A stretch of DNA of 64,000 nucleotides from Phallusia mammillata (taxonomy: Eukaryota): assembly GCA_965637545.1 (NCBI GenBank), contig OZ281498.1, forward strand, positions 7,440,001 through 7,504,000. Direction: 5' to 3'. Below the pieces are notes generated by a model that did not search any database, was not told where the DNA came from, and saw only the letters and a list, made by a program, of their open reading frames with translations. The position numbers and the translations under genes were made by a program. Position 1 is the first letter of the stretch. Each line of letters opens with the position of its first letter. This document shows positions 39,801-51,800 of the stretch, one piece after another.

Positions 39801-42800
39801 AATAGTCGAGAATCTGCGCCGTTTCGTGTAAGTTCAGGACTATGCTTTTGGAACTCTTAGGTCCTAGGGTTGTATTGTAATTTTTTGAAAAATATGCAAT
39901 AAAGGATCTAGTAGGCGTAAGGTTAATGGCACAAATCGACTGAAGTTATCACTTAAAACATTTGTTAGCGCAAGTTGTTTTGAAAATCTATCAACTAAAA
40001 TAACACAATCAATTCCTCAATTTCCACATCAGTAGTCTCCCTAAATTAACCTGTTCCATGTTTTTAACCAGGCCAAAAGAAACTCACAAACAAACTACTT
40101 TTGATTAAATACGTCTAACAAATGTTTTTGTGTTGGACTTTTTTAACCGCCCCGCCAAGATATTCAAAAAAAAAACATGTCAAGCCTATACGGGAGTATT
40201 TCGATTCAACGAAGCCCTTCGTCACAATCACTATTTGTCCATCTTCGCCATTTCAAGATGCTCATTTTACAGTTTCAGCTTCCAAAAGGTCAAAGGCCGC
40301 ACGCGGGTTTGTTTTTCATGCCAGAAACGCATTTAAAATTGTGCAAAGGAGAATCGGACCTATAGCGTGATGGAGTACCCTCCTTATTTGTTGCGCGCTT
40401 CAAGATTCGTATACAGACCAAGATATGAAGATACTGCAAGTCTAAAATGTTTACAAATTCTCAGAGACCTGCTGCAATGATAAATCACTTTGCCTGATGA
40501 ATTTAATGACTTGCAGTTAATACAGCCTTGTACGTAAGTGGTGGTTGGATGTGATTAGAAGCCGGAATTTAGGTTTTTCTGAATGCGAAGTGTGTTGCGT
40601 AAACTGATGCTAACGTACTTTGTGACCTGTGCAGTGACAGATATTAATGCATATACCCATTTGACTTGGTGGGATTGCTTAGTGGTAATATGGTAACGTT
40701 TTGGTGCAAACATGCTGACGTGATATAACGCAGGTAACATGTAAAGCATTTTGATAAGTTCGTTTCAGGTCGAAAACAACTTGATATTTTCAGATAAAAA
40801 AAGTAACATTGATTTTTTCAGCAAACACAGGTAGCAACGAGATTTAATGTAATTATCTTGGTTTGTGACTGTACACTATTCAAACCAATTTTTGTAAACC
40901 GAACATTTTGCTTGTCTTTTTAACGTATTAACGATTTATGACAAAACCGAAAATGGGCATTAAAAATACTCACTGCATGTGCAAGACAGCGTGGTCTTGT
41001 TTGCTAAATGTATACCCAATCTTACAATGTATTAAAGTTGTGTTATGTAGCCACACACGAATGCCGCATATTATTTTAAAAAAGAAACTCAACGGTATTG
41101 CAGGTTACTGCTTCCTAAACACATTTAAGTAAATCAACCTTTGGCTCTTACAACAAGCATACAGTTTTTCATCTCCTAAAAGTGAACGCACTAACGGAGA
41201 ACACAGAAGTGCAAATTACGAAAACGGAGCACATAGAGGTACGTACCGACAACAGCAGCGCAGACGACGGGGCCGATCTCGGCATAACCACTTGTTCCTG
41301 CTCGGTTCAGAGCCGAAAGTCGGAAGCGGTATTTCTTGCCGGTGACAAGTTTATCCAGGACGATTTTGGTCGTCTGTCCGGGCAACAGCGCCTCCACGTG
41401 GGCAGATTTCCACTCCTCTGGTTCAGCTCCGACCAATTGTTGCTCGAGCTGAAATAAGAAAATGGATGTTAGAAGAAAAGTTGTGAAAACTATAAGAATT
41501 AATGTAAACTATATGGAAAACTTTTTTAAACTATATGAAGTTTGCTGGGCATCATTAAAAATGTATGGAATTGCTATGTTGATGCTGGCGTTGATTTTCG
41601 AAAAACGCCGTGGTTTTGGATCAATATAAATGGGTTAACACTTGTCTGACTGTTGCATATAATACTGTAAGTTTTAGGTGGCCAACAAAAGAGAAAAGGA
41701 GAGAAGCATTTTTGTCCGGAAAAAAATTAGCTACTTATTCAAATGCATGAGGCGTATTTACAACTTCAACCTGCCCCGTGTGACACGAATCAGAAACAAG
41801 GGACGTTAGATTCAATAAAACGCCATCCTTTTTCGTCAAAGAATGATGAAAAAAACTTCATAATCTTGACATTAAAAAATACTAGTTGACTCCAAATATT
41901 GACAGTTGCAAAGTAGATTAAACAGAACAACATTCCGACATACAGAAGTCACATAATTCGTTTTGTAAACAGTTGGTTAAAGAAACTACTTAAAGGAAAC
42001 TCAACATCAGTAAATCGTAAACAAGATATTTGATGTGTGCTCTACCTTGTATCCGTCCAAACCGGCCGCTCCTATTTCTGCAGGTGGAAGCCATGAAAGC
42101 TCAAGACTGTCATCAGTTGCAGATGATACCTTCAAACCAGTAGGTTCACTGCAAGGAGCTGAAATGAACAAATAAAATATTTAGCCTAAACAACCTCCAA
42201 CATTTTTTACTTAACAAACTGATATTTTGTAAAATTGAATTTACGAAAAATAAAACAGTAGTTTCGGTGACTTTGGCTTTAAGAGAAAAGCCTACTTTGA
42301 AGGGCTGTCCTTTCTTTTAACGCTTTTAATGGCATTTCCTATTCATGAGCATATCGCCCATTGATGCAGACAGATTCGCATCCTGGCGTGTGCCACGCAT
42401 AACTTAACCCAATTGGATGCTTCAGAATTTGAAAGACCACCAGCCAATCACACAACAGTCACCACCTGCCTCGCCTCGTTAACTTCCACAGGACTTGAAT
42501 GCGAAGACGCAATTAGACACGCAGAGCTTTTGTGGCGAAGTTTTTAACACAAACATGAAGTGTTGAGCGGTTGATCCCGGGTCAAGTCGCAAACAAACAG
42601 CCGAATGTCACGCCTCCAAACCCCGCCGACGCAATCAAAGGGCTTCAGGATTTCGCGTTTAATTCAGCACACCTTTTGAGTCGGCGTGTTGTAAAGAACT
42701 GGGTCGGGCTATTTTTAGCCATGGGGTCACATGGGTGAACCTGTTTGGCTTGGGGTGTTGTTTGTTGGTTACAGTGAGTCTTTGGGGGCTTGTGGGAGTT

Positions 42801-45800
42801 CGTAATCTTATCCATCAGGGAGGCAAGGACCAGTTTTTACTGCCATACATTTGCGTGCTGCAGTGTTTTTCAAACTATAGCGCCTTGGCCTGCTCAAGAC
42901 CAAACACGAAAAAATCGCGCCACCCAGCGATCAAGGTACAACCGCTCTATAGAATACTATATTTAAACTTAAATCAAAAAGGTAACTTCAACTGCTTAAT
43001 TCGACGAATTCAGTTAAATGTCGGAAAATATGAACTTATTGACCAGGGGTATGCAACCTGCGGCCCATTGATTAAAGGTTGTGCGGCCAGCAGAGACGTT
43101 TGGATTTCGAATGTACTGATGGTAAACGAGTCCCAACTATTAAATATTTTTGAGCAGAATAATGCGCTTAGTGCTATTTTTCTGAGACCTGACCATATGC
43201 GGTTAGAATTAAATGCGAATTTTACTTGATAGGCATATATGCAAATATATTTGGTATGCAACAAAGTAAAATCACCTTGTGTTATAAAAGGTGCGGCCAG
43301 CGATCTAATCATGGTAATTGTATTTGGTCCCACAGTGACAGGTATGCACATCCTGTTATTGATGATTTAAGTAATAAAAAATGAGTAGCTTGGCGGCGAT
43401 TCATACATATACATATATGATTATAATAGCGAGTTTCATCAAAATGCTAATGTCAAACCCATCAGTATAAACACAAAAACATAACAACAGAAAAAAAGGG
43501 GGACAAAAGTTACCACGTAACAGCTAAAGACTAAAAATTAAAACACGCAGTATATTTAAGACGCACCTATATTGGCGGGTGTCACTATCCAGATGGGATT
43601 TATATCGATGCAGCGAAATACGCGTGCGAACTGACGGGGTGGTGATTGCTGTCGGAAACAATTTTTCGCCCCCCTCGCGTGTAGTCTAAAGCAAACTGCG
43701 ACAACAAAACACAACTTTGTGTCACTTAACTATAGGCTGAGATACTACCCCAATTGAGTTGGCTAAATCTTGTATTTTTACGCAACAGAAGTCTAAATTA
43801 TCATTACTATGACAAGACTGGTTTGTCGACAAACGCGGTGAATGTAAAAATCCCATATACGGCCCTTAAAACAACAGTTAGGTGGCAAAATTCACTACAC
43901 TTATTCGAGAAGCGTTTAGTGTCTTACAGAGAAGTTTGATCGGTGTTTCGTGACAATTAAATTGGGATTTGTTGACAGTAGAGTTGTAAGTCGTACCGCA
44001 CTTTTCGATTCGAGTTCGGGTTTGGCTCAAAATTGGGCTTTAATTTACTAAACTAGGATTCGATTTGGGGCTGACTGCATTTGTATCGTAGTTTTGTATA
44101 CCATTGGTTTATACAACTTTCTGGCGTAATTTCGGCTTGTTTTTCTTAAAAATATTGGGCTTGTCAAAAATCACTTCCAGATACAGCCACGAACACAATT
44201 CTTTAGCGCCATATAGCGGGATATTTTAAAGTTACAGCCTTTGTTGGTAAAAAACATCTTTGCTGGTTATACCTCGATTCCCAAATTTGTAAAGTTATGA
44301 AAGAGTGTTATTTTGAATTTCGTTTACAATTGTACATTGTAATTGTACCGACACTGACACAAAACACAATAGCATGCGTGCGAGCTATTGTGCGAAAGGA
44401 AAGCGGAGATGCCCTAACAAGTGGCGCCTTGCTTTTCTACTGCCGTCCTCTTCTCTTCATGCATGCGCGGTGCAATTGCCGATGAATACATTTTAATTCA
44501 ATAAGACGTTTAATAACAAAAAGCCGCGTTTATATTGATTGTCTTACGCACAATGTATGTTTTAAAAATCAAAACCTTACTGAAGTTTAGTAGTTCACAT
44601 ACCCAGTGGTGTAAATGGAATACAGGCCTTGCTTGCTTCACCGATTCCGACTTCATTAGCGGCACGAACGCGGATCTGATATTCGGTTCCTTCGATCATA
44701 CGACGAGCCACATATTCGATGAATGGAAGCGGTTCCACATTAAGACGAATCCAACGTTCCGATTTGATCTTTTTGCGCTCAATAATGTAACCTATGCAAA
44801 GTGTGCACATTGTTGGATATTGGGTGGATTTAAAAAAGAGGATAAAACGATTGGTTGACACTTTTATTACAGAAAATGTTAAAGTTCTGTGCAGTGATTT
44901 ATTTCAAGATGAATCGAATTGTTTGGTAGTTTTCTGCCTCACAAAAGATTATGTGATAATTATCAGAAAACATAAAATGTCCTATGAGGAAGGTAAAACA
45001 AAATCGCATTTATGTATTAAAACTTAAAAACGACATTTTAAAAAATCGGTTTAAAACTACATAAACAACCAAACATTTTATCGGGATCGGCCTTTTAAAA
45101 ATTTTCATGCAGCAAAGCCCTACTTCGGAAATACGCCCTATTGAGGCCTACAGTAATTTGATTAAGAAAGCGATTTCTGGGATCTCACAATCATTTTTTG
45201 TAACAAAACACCCTGAATCTCACCTTTAATGGGACATCCCCCATTGCATGCTGGCTCTGTCCAAGCTACGTAACAAGTCTCAGCTGTGACGTCAGAGATC
45301 TTCGGCACGGTTGGAGCAGATGGGACGTCTGTGACGTTGTGATAAAATTATAAACTACTTAAATGGGCATTGTAGGTTTTTAAAAAAATCATGCAGTCAT
45401 GCAACTACAAAAGCAGTGAATGTGAAGTCACGTGAATGCATTGTATAAAAAATCCAGCTCAATACCGCCACCAAACGTCAGAATAAAATGGCAAATGTGT
45501 CAACATTTGCTTCTTTTCGTTATCTAATACAAGCTATAGCTAATGCCGGGGGTTCGAATCCCACAAGCTTGATTATCCGTGTCATAATATGAAAATTCTT
45601 GGAAAACCTGCTTGGTTCGGCTATACGCATTTAAGAGACCTGGTGTACTATGATTTAAATATCATATCAATATACCGTGACCGCTGGCATGAACGATTCA
45701 GGGCTGATAACATTTTGAAATTTAAGTGTATCAATAATCATTGCATTCTACTTAAAACGTCAAAACGCTTGCTATATGCCAGCTCGATTATCAGTTTCGG

Positions 45801-48800
45801 GTAAATTGAAATGCAATTTAAAAAAAAACGTTTGTCTTTCTCGAAAACCACACCACGCGGGAAATCCCCTCACCGAGTACTTGTATTTTAATCTGGATCT
45901 CCTGCCTTTTGATGTACTCGGAATCTGCGCCTTCGGTCTCAGCCTTATCCCAAACCAGATCACAGTAATAATCGTCACTGTCCTCCAATTTCGCTTCAGT
46001 GATCACAAGTGACGTCAAGCCGTGCTCCGCGCTTGTGTTAACCCACATGCGTTTGCCTGTTGCGGGCACAGCCAACTGCTTACCCTCCTGAAGTGATATA
46101 GGTTCGCATTGTTAGGCGTTAACATGCATTACTATCAGCTTCATGCAAGCATAAAACGCAATTGCGGTGTGAAATTTGACCTAGTTAATTGTCTATTATT
46201 TTTAACAGGACCTTTTTTTGGATAGGGCCTAAAGTTTTTGATGACGTCGTTGGGCTATGTCGTCAGTAATTTTTGGTGCCATGCCAATTTTGTTTCTGAA
46301 AGTTGATTAGTGAATTTGATAGTAAAGTAGTAAAGAAATTGATAGTAAAGTATTTCGCATTCTGGCTATCATGATGTCATCAAGCGATTATACCATCTAG
46401 AAACATCACTATGACGTCATGATGAAATCATTATAGCGCCATCTTTTATGACGCCATAAGCATTATTTCTCGGTGTTACTGTTTAATTAAGAAGGCTAAA
46501 TAAAATATGTGCGTAAACAGTGCAGTGACGACATGCGTGTACATATGTGACGTCATTCGTGCCCAGTGACGTCGCACCTATGATTTTCACATTGAAGGTG
46601 GCCGACTCGTAACCTTCGTCGCTGCTCAAGGTCAAAACGTAATCACCCGAGTCAGTTCGTCTCGATTTGCTGATAATCAGTGACGTATACTTGCCACTAG
46701 CGGCGGTATCGCACCGAACACGGTCACGACTTGAACCTTCCTCGATTCGCTAAAGGAGATCCCGTGGTTGCCGAAATAGTAATATACGATAAAGTGTTAC
46801 AGCAGGAAATAGGAATGTATAGCTTCCTGTGGGTAGGAATTTATGAATAATTTAGATTTATGAATTTGAATAGTGCAATGCAAACTGTAGTGTCGTTTCA
46901 GGGGACGTTTTTCTTCCCTGTTTTAAACTAAATTAGCTTTTACAAACAGTTACATACAAAAACGAAAAGAAGCCTAAAACGAGATTTAAAAACAATTACA
47001 TTACGAAAGTTTAAAAAAATGCCTATAACAAGAGTTATATAACTTATGTTGAATGCATTTTCGGAAAGTAACATAAGTCAAACCTTGGGTCCTTTCTTCC
47101 ATTCAGGAACGGGTGCAGGATCACCAGAAATTGGAATATCCAACTTAATTTTGTTTCCAGCCTTCACCACAATAGAACGATCCTTCATTGAGTGGTCCAA
47201 GAAAATCTTTGGTGGAACTGTGGAAAAAAGACCATGCAAGTGTCACAGGATTTTCAGTGAATGTTCACAAAAAATAAAAACAAAATAACGCTGTTGAAGG
47301 CAAAAAAAAAACTTAAACATCGTCAAATATTGAAACAGGAGAAAACAAAATTTGCTCCCAAAACTTTTCTGACAATCCTAATACCAGGGGCAATATAAGC
47401 CTCGCAGGGTCAATAAGTTTATGTAGTTCATTATCACGAAAGTACAACAACCATACATAGTAAACAATATCATGGTAAAATTTAGAAACTAACATACAAC
47501 TGGTATCACAATTTATCCCTTCATAGCTTAAACACGGGGCCATATGACACCTTCAATCATATTGTGTTGAAGCTTGATTCAACGGCATCATTAAATGCCA
47601 CTTACCCTTCTTTCGCTCCACAGTAATATGACCTCCTGTCATCTCCAGTGCAGCAGTGATAGCACATGAAGGATTATCTTCAGCAGCGAACGTGTATTCA
47701 CCTTGATCATTGTCTTGCACTTCATTGATCACCAACTTGCGTGCTTTGCCGGTCTGCAAAAATTGGTGTATTAATTGCAAATTTTTTTGATTGTAAAATA
47801 AAGTAAATTAATGTAGTGATATGAAATTATTTCCCAATCTTTGTTTTGCTTTTTTGCAACATTCTGTTCAATTTTGTTTACATGTTTGCTGCTTTAGTAA
47901 CTTGTTGCGATTTTTACACATAATATAACGATGGCAGCAACAGGTATTATATGTCAAATAACAGCCACAATTACCAAATTTAGTCTGTAACTGAGCAGTC
48001 AACACTAACAACAGCAGACGGCAATTAAGCATTTTAATCTCTACACAAAATTATTTCTTCCATGTGGGTATTCGTCCGGTTTGATCTATTTATTTTTGGC
48101 TTGAGCCGTGGCCCGCAGCTACATTTTTGTAAAATATAATTTTATTTCTTGATTTGTTTCTTAAAACACGGTTATTTTACACAGTAACTTAAGTCAAACT
48201 CAGCCAAATTAAAGAATCCATTACCATTGCGTTAGCATTATTGTAAAAGATTTTCAACTTTCGGCAAAGCAACAAATTGTGCATTTTAGGAAAAAATATC
48301 ACAACATCCGTTCTACCTCAGTGATTTTAACGCGGTCATCACCCTTGAGTGGTTTTCCGTCTTTGAGCCAATTTCCCTTGGTCTCCTCGTTGGAAACTTC
48401 GCAAAAAAATTCAGCGGTATCCTTGAAGTTTACCTTCAAACAAAATGATTTAATTGGTTAGTCTAGTACAGTGGTTCTCAACCTTTTTTCTTTCGTGGCC
48501 CACTTTCATTGCAAAAAAAAATCTGTGCCCAGTAATTTTTTAAGGTTCAGAACAAAAAACAAAACAAAAAAATTCCTTCTCAATTCCTCCCCAAGCCATT
48601 ATTCTTGTAAAATTGAGTGTAGTGACACAAATGAAAGTAAATTCTTAAAAAAAGCTTTCTATTTGGTTGGTCTGTGGCCCAATCAAAATGCTTCTATGGC
48701 CCACTGGTTGAGAACCACTGGTCTAGCAAAACCATGCAACTAGTTAAGACTGCCTCGATTAGGTTACGTGTTAGTTTAAACTGGTTTATACAGTGGTGGT

Positions 48801-51800
48801 ATTCAGCCGGTTTTGTGATAGAACCGGCTGGCAAAAAAAATGAATCCCACCACTGGGTTTATACGATGATGATCATTGTTAGATAGGAGCACCAATAGCT
48901 TTGTTTAAAGTCAAACGGGTGGCTTATACAAACAAAAGTATTTGTACGTATTTATAAAAACTATAAAACACTAAAATTAGGGTAAAAACATAAAAAATGC
49001 AAAACTATAAGCAGGAATTTGTATACGCTACAGACAGTGCACACTGTTTCGACCTGTAAGGTCCCATTAGTGCAGCTGGTGACGAGAGTTGCACTGAAGA
49101 GGCCCTACAGGTTGAAACAATGTGCACCGTCTGCAACTTATGTATTGGCTCGATGCTTTTGTGTGAGATTTTTTTATTTTCATAACATACCTTTAGATCA
49201 GAAAAAGGGCGCACAATAACAGCTTCGGGTTCTTGAACAAGCATTTCAGCGCAACTAGAGCTTCCGTTGGTAAGAAATTGATAAAATCCTTCGTCTTCGG
49301 GCGCAACCTTAAAATACAACAGCATTTGCTTACCTTTGAATATTACCTTATAAGGTAAACATATCAAATCCATGTTTTAAATGTTCAGAGGCGCACTAAA
49401 GAAACCGTAACAAATCGTTATTGGCGAAATTGTTTTATTAATTAGCGTGAGAAACCTATAATAGGCACTTCTAAATTCATTTGTGTTTACGTATGTGGGC
49501 AATTTGCAATAAATTGATTCGAAACCAACACTTTCAAAAAAAAACAATCTGCTTATGGCACAAACGCCCACACAAGTGTCACCTAAAATGTGCTGCTTGT
49601 TTATCAAATGCTTTCTGACAGGTGACAGAGTAATTTGGCAATGACAATGCGAAAATTGACGTGTATTGTAAACATACCAGGTTTAAAATACACAAATGAG
49701 CAATTAAAGGCGCCTTTAAAACCTCATTAAAACGACCAATTCGTTTGAAGGGTTAGTGTCGAATAGTTATGAAGAATAATAAGCTGTTGCTGCCACAATG
49801 TATAAAGGAGTATTGCACTTCCAGCAGTTTTATTACAAATAATCGACGTTTCGACGTCCTATAAGAGACGCCTTCTTCAGTATAATGGCATATCTAACAG
49901 TTTGACGTCGAAACGTCGATTATAAATAATTATTTGTAATAAAACTGCTGAAAGAGCGATACTCGTTCATAGCTATGAAGATATCCACAAAAGAATTTAT
50001 TATACGTCTGTAAAATATTACGTAACGACACTTGAAACATTACTTTAGCCGTTTAAGGTCTGTAGTTCAGAATAAAAAGTAGGTCGTTTACCCCGGCGAT
50101 GTTGAAAGTCACTTTAGCTCCTTCCTTCTTCACTTTAAATCTATCAGAAGATGGTAAGTCGATTCCGTCTTTCAAAATCTTGAACTTGCCATTTTCACTT
50201 GACATCTGATAAAAATAAATATAAATTTACAAGGATTCATAGTACGCAAGGATTGCTTTGAAGACCGGTTGATTCGGTACAACGTCTTCAATGGGCCTGT
50301 CGTATAAGATTTATATGTAAGAGTGCCGTGATCGCTGTCCAAATTAACGTTTCAGGGCTGATCTTAGGTATGCATAGATTAGGTATATGCGGAAATGGTA
50401 CCAAGTGGCAATAATATAATCAATGATTTAAAACAGGGTTTAAAGAAAAAAAAATACTGAACTTTTACAACAATATTATCATTGATGATTGAAAAATACT
50501 GTTTCATGACAAATTTTGAAATGAAGAAACACGTTTACACGTTTATACAAAAATATTTGAGTATATGTTGCACCCAAATGGCACCGCTATCGTCCTGTCC
50601 AAATCTAACATTAAATTACAGTAAATAGTGTCAGTTAAAAAATAAACGATTATGGGTGTTGAATTGCACGTGTCAAGTAGCAATTACGGTCATCAGCTAC
50701 GAACGCAGGATCAATTAAAATAGCCTCGAACGCCAAACCTACACAAAAAAACTTTATAATCAGTTAGAGCAATTTGTCAATTGCAGCAAGTTTTGACCAT
50801 ATACGCAAGCTTGCAGTGGGATTTTAACCCAAAACATCAACACATTTACATCCTAAGCACTTTAGCTGCAAAAGCGAGCTACAAATACGGTTGATATTTA
50901 CGCCCTGTCTGAGATAAGTTGAGACAAGGTTATCTTAGGTTACACTGACAAATGAAATGAAAAAATCTGACCTCGCATGTGAACTCAGCGTCACTTCCGG
51001 CTACAACCTGTACATCTTCGAGTCCCTTTGCAATAGTTACAGGTGGTTCTGGAAAAAATTACAACAGAATATATTACTAGGTAAAACAACGCCAGCATAC
51101 ATAAAAATTGTTAATCCGATATTTTTCGACCTATTTATATTTTAAAACAATTTTTGCTTAAAGTTAATAAGTTCTTAACAACACAACATGCAGCTTACAA
51201 TCGAGACCTATTTTAATCAAGTAAATACACAAATTATAGATAAGTTTTCAGTCCATTTACCTTGCACGAAAACTTCGCATGACGTCACATCCTTGCCGAC
51301 AACGCAAGTAAAGGTTGCGTCATCGTCCTTGGTCGCTTGGTCGATAATCAGATAACGCTTGTTGGCTGCGGTTGGAAACAAATGTTTGTCCGTTAGGTAG
51401 CGCAAAAGAAGCTTAAAATATTTAAGTACAATTTGACCATTCTCGATTGCTTTCATATAAACCAATTTCAAAGTTATGCATTTAGATTTAAGTAACTTTT
51501 TTTTCAAATTAGGTTGATACTTAATTTATTGACTTTATTAATTCATTTGTTTTAACCTTTTGTAACAATCTGGTATTGCTTTCCAGGCGTAATCTCGGCT
51601 CCGTTCTTCTGCCATTTCACGGTCATCTGTTCATTCGCAACCTCAGCTTCGAGAACAATCTTTTCACCCAAGTCCATCGACATTGTTTCGGGCAGTTTTT
51701 GAGCAAAAGCTGTAATGCAAAATCACACAGATTACGTTTTGTCCAGTGTATTCTGGTTTTTGCGGGATAAATACCCCCTGTAGAAAAGAACATTACAAAA

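Noticed and set aside
41734-41744. 11-nt partial SL match on minus (ATTTGAATAAG); a 10-nt one near 27228
   Set aside because: AT-rich and short enough to be chance; no donor and not near an acceptor.
42735-43229. 164-aa ORF on plus
   Set aside because: Runs through a hAT MITE; no transposase motifs.
45551-45562. GGTTCGAATCCC B-box (also GGTTCGATTC near 11033)
   Set aside because: No A-box or cloverleaf; not a tRNA gene.
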